A DNA stretch of 64,000 nucleotides from Octopus sinensis (taxonomy: Eukaryota). Shown here piece by piece: positions 25,650 through 38,977 of the stretch. The notes under the pieces were generated by a model. It ran no database searches, was not told where the DNA came from, and saw only the letters and a program-made list of their open reading frames with translations. Position numbers and translations under genes: made by a program. The first letter of the stretch is position 1. The number at the start of each line of letters is the position of its first letter. Location: NCBI RefSeq assembly GCF_006345805.1, contig NC_043018.1, forward strand, positions 11,160,001 through 11,224,000, read 5' to 3'.

Positions 25650-26950
25650 TCCAGTTGCATGAAAACCAAGATCAAATCAGATACAACGTTGTTTCCAAGA
25701 TTTTTACCTGACGGTAACGGTTAAAACAAGGCTATCCTTGCACCATCTTTTTCACTGTTGAAGTCAACATCTATTTCCATTCCTGTATTGACGGCAGCCT
25801 TTTCAACCCGAGGCGCCAGCAAGTTCCTACAAAACCACTGGAACATTTCATCCATGGATTACTCTTTGCAGACGATGCCGCCCTTCTTGCCCATGCAAAG
25901 ACAGTTCTACAACACATCACCTTTTGGTTTGCAGAAGTTTCTCGGCACTTCGGCCAAGAAGTCACTTTTCCATCAACCTGCACACAGCAAGAATACTTAT
26001 TTCTTTACTACCCACAAGGGGCTAAACACAGAGAGAACAAACAAGTACAGACACACGGATTATATCGACCACAGTGCGTAACTGGTACTTATTTAATCGA
26101 CCCCGAAAGGATGAAAGGCAAAGTCGACGTCGGCGTAATTTGAACTCAGAACGTAACGAGCAAGAATACTGCTTCTGTCACAATGCCATCGAGGAAACTG
26201 AACTAAAGACAATCAACGAGTTTGCCTACCTAAGGCGCACCATTACATCAGATGGCAAAATTGACGGGGAAGCTGACAACAAACTGGCGAAGGTGAATGG
26301 TGTATTCGGTAGATGTACAAAGAGTCTGGAACCATAACCATCTGAAGAAATTGCATCAGGATCAGTGTATGCAGAGCCGTCATGCTGCACACCCTTTTGT
26401 ACAGTTCAGGGTGGTGGGTCATCGATCAGCATCACCTAAGAGATACATTCGGTACTGCCATCGCATCATCCTCACCATCCTGTGGAGTGATTTTTGTCGC
26501 TAACATGATGGTGAAGGTCACCAGCATTTAAGCAACTCTGTTGAAAACACGTTACCAGGAAGGAGGATCATCGATTTCTCAAAATCAGCTTTATAATGAA
26601 TTCTCCTCCGATCATCTTGATAAAAAAAAGTCTCAAAGAAGAGGTTTGAGAACTCCATAAAGAAATCCTTCGGCGCTTGTCACGTTGATCTCCACCCGTG
26701 ATCTCTTCTTGTCGCTGACTGTGAAGTCTAGCGTCTCACTGTCCTCCGGGCAACAGCCTCTTTTGGAGATACCCGCAGGACCATCCTTGCAGACAAGAGA
26801 AAGAGGGATAACAAGGACGTTGTGAACAACCCTGATCAGCACGTTTTCCTATGCGGCCTCTGCAGTCGTGCTTGTTTGTCCCGCATAGGATTGGTCGGCC
26901 ATCACTAAGCCTGCAACAGACATGAATACCCTTCTCTGTAAATATTCACT
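25650..26950 (+). mobile_element. Decayed RTE (Bov-B-like) LINE RT/C-terminal remnant, interrupted by a family-B SINE at about 26000-26160
   Basis: FADDAALLAH; LKTINEFAYLRRTITSDGKIDGEADNKLAKVNGVFGR; multiple stops and frameshifts. Confidence 0.75.
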
Positions 26951-27679
26951 CTTGAAGAGAAACCAAATGTAACTGATGGGTGCAGTTTATTTTCAAACAG
27001 TGCCATTGATTGATTGTTCTCTTAAAATAGCATGGATGTGGCTTTTCAGCCATGCTAGGGACTTACACTCTTTCGCACAGGTGTGGAAACGATATTGTGC
27101 CCCTTTCAGCAAATGCTCAGAGAGCTTACCACCCACACTAGCATACACCTTCATTGCGTAATGGAATTTTTCATTAAATCTTTTGCCTTTTTCGATTACG
27201 GTCCATCAAAGTATGCAACACATACTACAGATGTTAAAACTTAAGTGATACCTGTGTCTGAAGCTTTTTTCATAAAGTGAAGGAAATCCTCACACAGGGC
27301 CAGTCTCACTTCGCATGCATTTGCTTATAAAAAATAACTATTCTACATTATAGGATGTAAACGAAGTCGCAGGTGTTACGTCAGAGCTTTCTTTCTCTTA
27401 GCTACCTACTTCATCATATAGCATTCCCCATCTTTATTAATTCTTTCTTAATTTTGGCACAAGGCGAGAAATTTTTAGGGGAGCTGGCAAGTTGATTAGA
27501 TTAACCTCAGTACGTAACTGGTACTTATTTTATCGATTCCAGAGAGCTGAAAGGCAGAGTTGACCCTGGTAGAATTTGGATTCGACGTAACAAGTCGGAA
27601 GGAATACTGCTAAGCGTTTTGTCCGACGTACTTAAGATTCTACTAACTCGCTGCTTTCCCCCACTTTTATTAACGAGGA

Positions 27680-28200
27680 AATAAAAGTGAATTTTCCCTC
27701 ATATAATTCTTTTCGCCATGAGGTTGGGCAAATTTCAATAGCTGGAAACCATCTTAGTTGACCATAAATTTTCAATCTTCACAGTTCCTCCACTCCCGCT
27801 CATATTGGGGATGTGACCACCTCTTATAAGAAATACTGAGCTGCTCGGTAAAATCTCTCATCGACCTGCCGTTGATGATATCTTAGACAGGAGTAGATAT
27901 GCGCACGCGTGGGAAAGACAGAGACTGCATGCATGTGTACGCATACTTGTGCACGCGCGCACACACACTCAGTTGGAAAGGGAATGGGTGAGAGAGAAAG
28001 AGCACCTGAAAATGGTTGGACAAAATGCTGAACGAAATTAATTGTAGATCCATAAAATGTCATCTACTATATCACTTTTAATTAGCCTAACGAATTCCTA
28101 TTAGTTTAATGATAATGTACATTAAAAGGGACGCGACATCCCTCAAAAAAGTTATTTGTAAGTATTGATTGATTTCCAATGAAATCTATGGAAATTACTT
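27680..28200 (-). mobile_element. Possible very old mariner relic
   Basis: Weak HTH/linker-like translation (SMRDFTEQLSISY.., KIENLWSTKMVS resembling KV.ARWVP). Confidence 0.3.
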
Positions 28201-28334
28201 GGAACTCCAACTTCCTGTAGTTGTTAATGTTTACCTGTGGATCAGTCTTGGTCGAGCAGGCATACGATCAAATATATTTCAATCATGACCATCTATTTTT
28301 TTTAATCAAACTATATCTAGAAATACTTGTTTTC

Positions 28335-28952
28335 GTTTTTTCTTCTCTCTCTAGTTTCAGCTCAGAGCTGCGGCCATGCTGATGCACCGCCGTTTTGCTA
28401 CGCTGTTATTACTAAGAGCCTCCTCTAATATGTGGCACTTGGTGAAGAATGGAGATTGATATAGCTACCCTCATTTGCACCTCTTGCCGTGAAGTAGGCT
28501 CATCTGGGACTCTCGACAGGAAGAGGTCCAGATTTAATTAAAAAGCCCCTACATCTACTTTGTGCAAGTTCCTTAGACTCTTTGGGAGAATATTAAAAAG
28601 ATATAGGCCCTTGAAACCCAGGCTGTTGCAGTAACTTGTTCTGAAGCGTGATGGCGTTGCTGGGGTCTTTGGCACTATGCAGTGTCGTCCCGTTCTAGCA
28701 TTGGTGTAGCTTTCAATACCAAAATTTGGCACTATTCCTTCCAGGATCTTCCAGATATATATTACTGCATACCTCTCCCGTCTTCTCTCCAGGGAGTAGA
28801 GTCTTAACAGCTTCAGCCTTTCACAGTAGCTGAGCTGTTACAAAGAGACGATCTTCTTTGTGAATCTTCTATGGATTGCTTCAAGGTCCACTGTTAATTT
28901 CACACTGGTGGGTGACCATAGCTGTGAGCAGTAATCCAGGCGGTTGAGGACG
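28335..28952 (-). mobile_element. CR1-group LINE 3' fragment (subfamily B)
   Basis: Highly similar to 14990-15600; (AG)n-type tail; the only copy not flanked by TA tracts. Confidence 0.88.
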
Positions 28953-29612
28953 ATACACGTTGTGTATCTCTCTATATTTTTTAAAGTTGATAGTGTGAGA
29001 ATTTGCGGGTGATTTGACTGCTACATTTTGCAGGCAACTGGTGCAACAACATGGAATTTTTCTTCATTGACTCGATTTTCCAAAGTTGTTGCTATTTAGC
29101 CCTCTGTCAGTCCTGATCGAGAAGAACTATGATCGGGGTCATTACCTAAGTGAACATTCAATGAGCTTCATCTTTTTTTTTTTTTTCAACGTCATGTATC
29201 TGGGACCACATTAACTGATGTGTTATCCCCTTCTCCACTTTTAAGACGATAATGCATGATATGATTGTTATTTCTTGCAGATTTTAACGACCACGATGCA
29301 TTTCACTTGTTGGTTGACCCAGCAGACCTATAATGAAAGACAGGCTAGCCATAACCATCCCGTTTCTTGTATATCTAAGACTACACTGTCCAATACATCC
29401 TTTCTGTTTTGAGGGGATCGGGTGTGATTTGAGAAAGATTTGATGGATATTGCTAACAGATCCAACGACTACGCTGAGGCTTCTTCGTCGGCTCCCGAAT
29501 AGTGGTTTTGCTTAAAGTCAGTGTTGGTTGAGTATTTCGATGGTCAAAGACGTTCCAACCGTGACCGTACACCTCTTTTTTCCCCCCAGACTTATCCTAC
29601 CTTGAATTATAA

Positions 29613-29808
29613 GTGGAACTCCGTCGGTTACGACGAAGACGGTTCCATTTGATCCGATCAACGGAATAATAGCCTGCTCGTGAAATTAACGTGCAAGTGG
29701 CTGAGCACTCTACAGACACGTGTACCCTTAACGTAGTTCTCGGGGAGATTCAGCGTGACATAGAGTGTGACAAGGCTGGCTCTTTGAAATACAGGTACAA
29801 CAGAATCA
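29613..29808 (+). mobile_element. Interspersed SINE-like repeat fragment
   Basis: taacgtgcaagtggctgagcactc..gtgtacccttaacgtagttctcgggg..tgacaaggctgg. I recognise this as a common octopus repeat; related degraded sequence at about 23620-23760 (minus). Confidence 0.5.
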
Positions 29809-29809
29809 G

Positions 29810-29970
29810 GAAGAAAGTTGTGGTGCAAGAGTACAGTAGGGGTTCGCCAGCAGCCCCTGCCGAAGGCTCGTGGAGCTTTAGGTGTCTTCGCTCACTAGAT
29901 ATTCACAACGCCCGGTCTGGGAATCGAAACCGCGAGTCCGCTGCCATAACCACTGGGCCATTGCGCCACC
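29810..29970 (-). mobile_element. Head of a V-SINE-like tRNA-derived SINE
   Basis: ggcgcaatggcccagtggttatggcagcggactc..tttcgattcccagaccgggc; same family as 56345-56655. Confidence 0.7.
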
Positions 29971-30192
29971 ACTCTTGAATTATATAATACAGTGTATCCT
30001 TTCCCTTTTAAGTAGACGGTGTGATTTGAAGGATAATAAGCTGCTATTTCTAGCAGATCAAACAATAGAGGCTTGCTAGCGAGCTCGTGACAGAAAAGTA
30101 GCATTAGAGTTATTTCCCTTCGATGTACGCTTTTGAACTTGACTGAATTCTAATAAAACTTTCGGTGGTGAAAAGCTCGTTATTGACACGGC

Positions 30193-30453
30193 ATGCGGCG
30201 GGAACCTAAAAGGAGATCTTTTAACTTTGTCAACTTAATTAAAGGTGCAGTTGTTGCGGAATTAGCTTTCTTCTTTGCTTCGTATGGAGTATGGTGGAAA
30301 ATGAACAAGAGTCAGGACTTTCGATATACGATGTATAACAAATTTCCGTCCGCTTTAAAATTGTACTATTGGACTATCGAGAAATCTGGACAGGTGAACA
30401 CACGGAAAAAGGATTATCGAGTCTGGGGAATTGAGAGCGACGATCGCCTTTAA
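30193..30453 (+). CDS. CEBPZOS: CEBPZOS-like small single-TM protein, 86 aa, intronless ORF
   Basis: KGAVVAEL...KMNKSQDFRYTMYNKFP...YY..EKSG matches the CEBPZOS family pattern as I recall it (KGVLVAEL...KMHTSQDFRQTM.KKYP...YY..EKSG). An in-frame TGA at 30184 upstream fixes the ATG. Confidence 0.88.
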   Translation: MRREPKRRSFNFVNLIKGAVVAELAFFFASYGVWWKMNKSQDFRYTMYNKFPSALKLYYWTIEKSGQVNTRKKDYRVWGIESDDRL

Positions 30454-31429
30454 ATTTATCCTCACCAATAATCAAAACACTATTTATTCTGATAGCCCTG
30501 GTAAATGTCACTTTAATCAACCAACTGACGCACATGCTTGCTTTAAGATTAGCTGTTTGTTTTCTTAAGCACCGTGTATTGGATTAAGGCAAAAATAAGC
30601 TGTAAATTACTAGAATCTACACTGATTTCTTCCCATACAGTTAGGTTCACTCTGCTGTCTTTGTCTCTCTTTTCTTCTCTTGTGTTTTCTTCTTATATAA
30701 TTCTGTTACTTGCAGTGTCCTCCAAAACATTTTCTTCTTTCAACCATTTTGTTCTCCGTGGCTATCACCGAATCTGGGTTATCACACATGTTTACTTTAT
30801 GGAAGTTAAAATTCATACCAACTCGAACTCGAATGTTCATGCAGGAATTTCGAAAACAAATGCCAAGAACACTGTTTCTGTGTATGTGTGTATGAGAGAG
30901 AGAAAGATAGAGATATTCAGTTTGTGTTGCATTTTTCTATAAAATATTTTGACGAATTGATCGCAATTTTTATCTTTGAAATTCTACTATTTGATTTCTT
31001 TTTGATTTCGTAATTAATTTCTTTGTCAAACTCAAATATTTGAACAGAGTTTTGCAAATTATTATTTCTGATAAAGGTTACAGTTGCGAAAAGGTAAACA
31101 TAGTGAATCAGATACGGCACTCGGTTTCGATTTCCAGTTGAAACCATTTAAAATTACGGTACAAATCTTCGAAAATGAACGAACACACACGTCCTTCTCG
31201 TCATCTCTTTTTGTCATTGACAGTAACTAACCAAACGAGCTTATTGCACACAGTGAATGCCGACACAAGTGCGTACTCCACGTCTTTGTTGCCCCACAAC
31301 TTCCATAATAAATAGATATTCTTTCATGAAATTTTCTACAAATACGTTTCAAGTGGTGTAAATTCCGATTATATGGGAATTTTTTGTGAAAAGGTATTTT
31401 CTAGGATAGAAAGAGGAACTTCAGAAAAA

Positions 31430-31755
31430 TAGTATGTAGAGCGTCAGACTCACAATCATGAAATAGTGAGTTCGATTCCTGGCCAGGCTGTGTGTTATGT
31501 TCTTGAGCAAGACTATTTCACTTTGCTCAGTTCACTCAGCTGTAGAAATGAATTGCAACATCACTGATGCCAAACTGTCTCAGCCTTTACCTTTCCCTTG
31601 GATAACATTGGTGGTGTGGAGAGGGGAGGCTGGTATGCATGGGTGACTGCTGGTCTTCCATAAACAAGTTTGCCTGGATTTGTGCCTCGGGAACGAACTT
31701 TCTGGGTGCTATCCCATGGTCATTCATAACCAAAGCAGGTTTTTACCCTTTACCC
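31430..31755 (+). mobile_element. tRNA-derived SINE (family C)
   Basis: Head gtagagcgtcagactc..gagttcgattcctgg, then cttgagcaagac..cactcagctgtagaaatg; truncated head copy at about 49932-50030. Confidence 0.65.
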
Positions 31756-34304
31756 ATGCCTGACATGTACACACATACCTGCTTTCAAAATTTTCTTCAG
31801 ATTTAAATGCTGTGAACTCCTGAGATAATGATTCCATACAAAAAAAAAATTTCCAAATCTCATTTTTTAAATAAAATTTTGCCCTTACCTCTTCCTTTCA
31901 TCATTTTAAAAATTAAAGAGTTTTTTTTTTTTTATAAGGTGAAAAAGTTGGCAGTACAATTCGAGAAAATTTTATATTTTTAATTTCAAAATAATTTTTG
32001 AAATTGAAAATCAGAAAATTACACACATGTGGCACAAGGCAAATAACAGCTTTATTTTATGAGACAAAAGAAACCAATTTCTCTTTCCGCTGCTCCAGCC
32101 CAAGAAGTGTGGAATGTAATGTTAAAGCATTTCTCAGTTTTGTTGTTGCCACTGCCTACTGCTGGTCAATTGCAGGTTACTTCTTCCATTAGATTTGGCA
32201 CTATCCTACAATAGTTAATTGTCCCGAGATAATAAGAATAACGATCTGCTTTGCCACTCGATGCATTTTTGCATCAGATATATTTTACCACTTAGTCAGT
32301 GAGAAAGGGCACCATCCATGACAGAGCCTCCCATAACTGATGCGAGTAAATTATCCTCGAATCAGAAATCTGGCCTGAAAACCTGCAATACAGTGGACTT
32401 TGTTAAAGGCACTCAAAGACCAGGTGGTGGTGTTAAACTGGGAAGCAGGTCAGATCTTGTCTGACATCCTAATCATCATCATCATCATCGTTTAACGTTC
32501 ACTTTCCATGCTAGCATGGGTTGGACAGTTCGACCAGGGTCTGGAAAGCCAGGAGGCTGCACCAGGCCCAGTCTGATCTGGCAGTGTTTCTACAGCTTGA
32601 TGCCCTTCCTAACGCCAACCATTCCATGAGTGTAGTGGGTGTTTTTTATATGCCACCGGCACAAGTGCCAGGCGAGGCTGGCAATGGCCACGATCGGTTG
32701 GTGCTTTTTACATGCCACCGGCATGGAGGCCAGTCAAGGCGGTGCTGGCAACAGAATCTTATATTGGTACCTTACTTTATTGATCCCTAGATGATAAGAA
32801 GTAAAGTTGCTTTCGGTGAGATTTGAACTCAGAGCTCAAGGCACCAAAGGAAATAATTCAAGGCATTTTGCCCTATACTCAAAAAATATGAATGTTACAA
32901 CTTATGAGATGATATCCTAATATTTTTTGCACATTGCTTGTTTGTTTTATTTTTTTTTATAAAGTTATCTTGCCCGAAGAGAAAGAACAGAGCCCATGAC
33001 CTGGCAGTTACAAACTGGTGATATTCAACTTGGATTTCTGTAAGGTAAACATGGTACATGGAAAGAGCTAAATTTGGTTTATAAATCTGGGGAGGAATTG
33101 ATGGACAACAGGCTTTCGGGTTTAAGTGGAGGTGAGACACAGTAGGAGAGAGGAGAATAGGTCATTATTGGTGTTGTTTTTTAGCCTCAGGTCAATATTA
33201 AATGACCAAGCATATGATCAAAGGTAGATTTGGTTGTTATTTCCAACAGGCTGAGCAACAACCTGAATTAACACAAGATTATATATGACCCAAGTGAGGT
33301 ATGTAGAATCAAGTTTACTGTTCAAATACAAACAAAATGCTTGTAAATTTGAACCTAAGATTTTTAAACTGATAGTTCAATAACCATAACCGACCAAAGC
33401 CTTGTGAGTGGATTTGGTTGACGGAAACTGAAAGGCCCCCATCATATATATGTTTGTGTCTCTGTGTTTGTCCCCCCTCCCCCCAACATTGCTTGACAAC
33501 CGATGCTGGTGTGCTTACGTCCCTGTAACTTAGCGGTTTGGCAAAAGAGACCGATAGAATAAATACTAGGCTTCCAAAGAATAAGTCCTGGGGTCGATTT
33601 GCTTGACTAAAAGTGGTGCTCCATCATGGCCACAATCAAATGATTGAAACGAGTAAAAGAAAAAGAGAGAGAGAGACTAAGTTAACCTTTATAAGATTTG
33701 AACTTAGATCTCAGAGATTAGGAATGACTACCACAAAGCATCTTGTTTTGTCCTCTAATGTCTCTGTAAAACACACTGCCAGCATAAGAAGAGTTGAAAT
33801 GGCTTGACCTAACAAGTACAGTTGATTCACCAAAGAATTTCATCTTTTATTTTATGCTGTTTACTACATAGAGTAGCTTAAAACAATTAATGCCAGACAT
33901 TATAGACTGAATTGCTGTCGACCGAATAAAATGGCATAAAGTACAATGAAAAATGTGATGAAATATTGTAAATAGATAATCCCCGAGAGGATTGCTTCAC
34001 AGCAATGACTAACCACAATATTAATCAAGATAGTCTTTATGCTTTATTCATAATAATAATCACCAGCACAAAGTCTGGAATATCTTTAAGGAGAGCACAG
34101 TCATTTAAATATGCTCCAGTATAGATACTGGTGCTGACTTATCAGAGATATGAAATGCAAACCTGACTCTGACTGGACTTGAGCTCAGAATATAAGCAGC
34201 AAGATATTTTGTCCAGATTCTGCCATCCAATGACCTTTACAATTAATAATAATAATAATAATAATAACAATAACAATAACAACGATAATAATAATAATAA
34301 TAAT

Positions 34305-34710
34305 AATGTGGAACCTGAAGACTAAAACAATACCTGTTGTCATAGGTGTCCTGGGAATGATAGCGAAAGGGGCTGATTGCTACCTAACTCAGATACCAGG
34401 AAACCCCAAAATGGCAGAAATTCAAAAGATAGTGCTCATGGGAATTGCTCATATCCTATGCAAAATACTCTCTATGTAATCTCAAGGTTTAAAACAAACT
34501 TTTTTTTTTAAATTTATTTATTAGACATTCACTAGTACAACACAAAAAACCCCCAAATATATGGCACACTAGGCATAACAACAACGTGAACTTCCAACCT
34601 GTTGTCTCTTGAGGTCTCTGGGTGAGACTTGGAGCCAACTTGTACAAACATAAAGCAAAAGTCAAACATAGAATAATAATAATAATAATAATAACAACAA
34701 CAACAACAAT
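34305..34710 (+). mobile_element. Dong/R4-like RLE retroelement 3' end embedded in (TAA)n
   Basis: MWNLKTKTIPVVIGVLGMI..IQKIVLMGIAHILCKILSM*; (TAA)n immediately 5' (34246-34307) and 3' (about 34672-34710). Confidence 0.75.
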
Positions 34711-35219
34711 AAATGCCCTGATGCAATACCAAGCAGTGGTCCTCATGGCTTTTGATCTTAACTGATTGGAAATGTTATCATGTACATGTTTTGTACTGAT
34801 GTAAAAGATAGGCTACAGCAAATATTCTGTTCAGTACCACAGATTTGCTTGTCATTTGCTTCACTTTAACTAATTGAGCATGTCTCTTGGTGGCTGACAG
34901 TGTGGGCATCTCTCATCATGAGCAGTGTAGTTTATGTAAATCAGAAGAAGAAAGTGTTACTCGTTTAGTTAGTGAATATAGTATGCTGACACAGAATACA
35001 AAAAAGAAAAAGACATGACAACCTAGGGAGAATAATCAACTGAGAGTCATGTAGAAAGCTGGGAGTTGACCATACTGGTAAATGATACAAATGTGAACCT
35101 AGTAAAGTGCTGGAAAGTAAGAAGTTTAAGATGTAGGGTTTTAATATTCAGATTGAGTAATAGAAGCTGGAAGGCTTAATTTAGTAGTAGTAGACAAGGA
35201 GAATAAAAAGTGCCAGGTA

Positions 35220-35555
35220 ATTACCTTTACAGTTCCAAAAGATGAAAAGTAAAGAGAAAATAGCAAAGTATGAGGACCTAGCCATTGAGTTACAGAGGCT
35301 ATGGGAAGTGCGAGTAAAGTGTATCCCAGTAGTTATAGGTGCATTGGGAACTATCTCTAAAGATTTGAACAGATGGATAGAGGAAACAGGCATGAATCCT
35401 AGTTTAGTGCAGCACCAGAAAACAGTGTTATTAGGGACAGATAGAATATTTTGGAAGGTCCTTGGCATCTAAGATTAGTTGTTGTAGCCTGATGTTAGGA
35501 ATTTTTCCCAACAGTCTAATCTGTTGTGCATAAATGAAATAATAATAATAATAAT
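35220..35555 (+). mobile_element. R4/Dong-like RLE retroelement 3' end (second family)
   Basis: KEKIAKYEDLAIELQRLWEVRVKCIPVVIGALG..QKTVLLGTDRIFWKVLGI*; (TAA)n tail. Confidence 0.78.
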
Positions 35556-36872
35556 GATCCTTTCTACTAAACGCGCAAGGCCTGAAATTTGGGGGGAGGG
35601 GACTAGTTGATTACACCAACCCCAGTATTTCACTGGTACTCAATTTATCAACCCTGAAATGATGAAAGGCAAAGCTGACCTCAGCAAAATTTGAACTCAG
35701 AACGTAAAGACGAATAAAATGCTGCTAAGCATTTTGCCTGGCATGCTAATGATTCTGCCAGCTCACCACCTTTGGTGATAATAATAATAATGGCTTCAAA
35801 TTTTGCCACAAAGGCAGCAATTATGAGGGAGGGGATGAGTCAATTACATCGACCCCGAAAGGATGAAAGTCAAACCAACCTTTGTGGAATTTGAACTCGG
35901 AATGTATAGGCAAAATATTGCTCAGCATTGTGCCCAGCATGCTAATGGTTCTGTCAGCTCACAGCCTTAATAATAATAATGATGATGATGATGATGATTA
36001 TAATGATAATAATAACCATTTGAAATTTTGGCACAAATCCAGCAATTTTGTGGGGAGTAGGCTAGTCGACTACATGGACTTCAGGACTTGATTAACACAG
36101 TATTTCATCAGTACCAGGTAGATGAAAGGCAATGTTGACTTTGGTGAAATTTGATCTGAGAATATAAAGAGTGGGAAAAAAAACCATGACTATTTGTCCA
36201 GTGATCTAGTGAAGTGGCCAAATGAGTTTTGTAGACTCTATCCCACTCTCTTCAAACTAAATCCATGATGGGATTTGAAATTAGTCCTGTAACTCAACAA
36301 AATGTTTATGCTTTTGTTTATAGTGTAGAATCACATCTCATGATACCTATTTTCACTTCCCAGCCACATGGTTTCAAGTTCAGTCCCAAAGCATGGCACT
36401 TTGGACAAGTGTCTTCTAATATATCCTCAGGTTACCATTACACAAGTATGTTATTTTTTCCAATCTCCCATGAAAACATGTCTGGCCAAGGGGGGATATT
36501 ACCTTGTTTGGAAACAGATAGAAGTTGGTTATAGGAAGAATATCCAGCCAGAGAAAATTTGCCTTTGATGAACTCTGTCTGACATGGAAAAGTCAACATT
36601 AAAAGGATAATGACAACAGTAATGATTAACCTTTAGCACACTGTAGTGCATCATGTCATCATATGAGTTTCTTCCCCACTCAGATCAAAACAATGTGCCT
36701 AAAGCTACAGGGGAGAAAACTCACACAGTGTCATGTTGTGCCTAAGCATGCTGAAGGTTAATTTCGCTATGGAATTAGTGAAGGGCTGGTGACACAAAGT
36801 AGTGATCCCATTGAAAGGTATCTAACAAAGATACCAAGCTCTGTCTGTGGAATGTAAATAATGTAAACACTG

Positions 36873-37155
36873 TTACATTTTAAACCTGAGAAAAGTCTTG
36901 CATAGTTTTACTATTCTGTTTTCAGGTTGTATTTGTAATGTACGAATCAGTTGGTTGATTTCTTTTTCTGAAAACCCAAGCTTATCCAGGTGTTAGGCAT
37001 TTACTTACAAAACCAAATGCTCCAATTATTATTGGTATGAATGTAAATTTGTAACCTGGATATAGATGTTGGAGCTTTTGAAGCAGTTGGCCATAGTTAT
37101 CTTCTTTCTCTTTGATTTTCAAAGAGATATTTACGTCAGCAGGACAGCTTACCTG
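36873..37155 (-). mobile_element. RLE-type retroelement 3' fragment (third family)
   Basis: VSCPADVNISLKIKEKEDNYGQLLQKLQHLYPGYKFTFIPIIIGAFG..LIRTLQIQ..VKLCKTFLRF. Confidence 0.7.
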
Positions 37156-37900
37156 TATGATGTATGTATGTGTGTGGTGTATTTGTGCTTGTGCGCATGT
37201 GTGGAGATGTCTTTGTCTGCATGTTTATCCACACCTCTACTACTTACAACCTTTGCAATATGACAAAAAGAGACTGGCAGAATAAGTACCAGACTTAAAG
37301 ACTGGAGTTGATTTGTTTGACTAATCCTACACAGTGGTGGGCCAGCATGGCTAAAGTCTGATGACAGAAACCCAATGGACATATATTTATGTGTAGTTTA
37401 TAGTGCTGCATTTAAATCTTTTTATATCAACCCACCTGAGATCACCTCTGGTTCTATGCGAAAAACTTAGAAGTGGTCTAAAAATTTGGAAGTCATCTAA
37501 AACCATGGAAGTGGTCTAAATTTAAACCTTCTCCAAAATTTCATGTCAATTTTTGATCCAAAGAACCAGCTTAATAATGTCAAAGTCAGTTTAGTAAATT
37601 CTTGATTTATTTTCAAAATTAATTTAAATAAACACAGTGTATTATTCCAACCGAAATATGGTCACAAAAGGGTTAGTATTTTTTATCTTTTACTTGTTTC
37701 CGTCACTAGGTTGTGGCCATGCTGAGGCACCGCCTTGAAGAATTTTAGTCAAACTTATCAACCCCAATACTTACTTCTTTTTGTAAAACCTGGTACTTAT
37801 TCCATTGGTCTGTTTTGTCAAACTGCTAAGTCACTAAGTTATGAGATGTAAACACACCAACACTGGTTGTCAAGTGGTAGTGGGGGGCAGGCGCATACAA

Positions 37901-37948
<48 letters not shown>

Positions 37949-38927
37949 GCACACACACAGAATTTCCATCTATAAAATCCACTAACAAGGCTTTGGTAAG
38001 CCTGAGGCTTTAGTACAAGACACTTACCCAAGATGCCACCCAGTGGAACTGAACCCGAAACCATGTAGCTGGAAAGCAAACTTCTTACCACACAGCCATG
38101 CTTGTACCTATATCTTTTGTAAAGTAGGAAATGATTTGCAGCACTAAAGCTCAATAAATATTTCATCAGAGTGGTCAGTGGCAGATAAACTGCTTTGTAG
38201 TAGCTTGTTATAATTCTCTACTTTCTGAGTTCAAATCCAGTTAAGTTTGATTTTTACTTTTAATCTCTCTGGGATCAATAAAATCTTTTAGTCGAGCAAA
38301 TCGCCCCCAGAACTTATTCTTTGTAAGCCTAGTACTTATTCTATCGGTCTCTTTTGCTGAACTGCTAAGTTACAGAGACGTAAACACACCAGCATCGGTT
38401 GTCAAGCGATGTTGGAAGGGACAGACACAAACACACAAACATATACATACACACATATACACATATATATGCATATATACGATTGGCTCTGGAATCAATA
38501 AAATAAATACCCGTAATACACCAGTGTTGATTCGATTCACTACAACCTTGTCCCAACATTTATGGCCATGTGCCAATGCTACAAATCAATATTTTATCAT
38601 TTTGTTCTGTGTCGTTATTTTATTTATTTATTTTTTTTTTTTTTCACAAATAGACATAACAAGTTTCTGTTGAAAAGTAAAGCACGAAAGGTGAGGGTGA
38701 GTGCAATCTGATTTTCTGCCAAATCATTTAACACAATTATTCAACAAATTTTATTTTAGTTTATATTTATTATTTTTATTTGTTATTATCATTTATTTTC
38801 TGTATGTGTTTGATCAACAAAGTGCAGACTTCCAGTTGAATAAAAGATGGTTGTGTAGTGTTTTAGATAATGAAAGCTGGGTGTTAAAAACAAAAGGTTG
38901 GTAAGTTCAAGTTCTTAACTGGAGTTC

Positions 38928-38974
<47 letters not shown>

Positions 38975-38977
<3 letters not shown>

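Noticed and set aside
32292-32385. Possible minus-strand terminal exon (..QISDSRIIYSHQLWEALSWMVPFLTD*)
   Set aside because: Acceptor is plausible but I recognise no homology and cannot link it to upstream exons.
38655-38906. Two short + strand exon candidates (HNKFLLKSKARK; NESWVLKTKG)
   Set aside because: Good donors but mutually incompatible phases and no homology.
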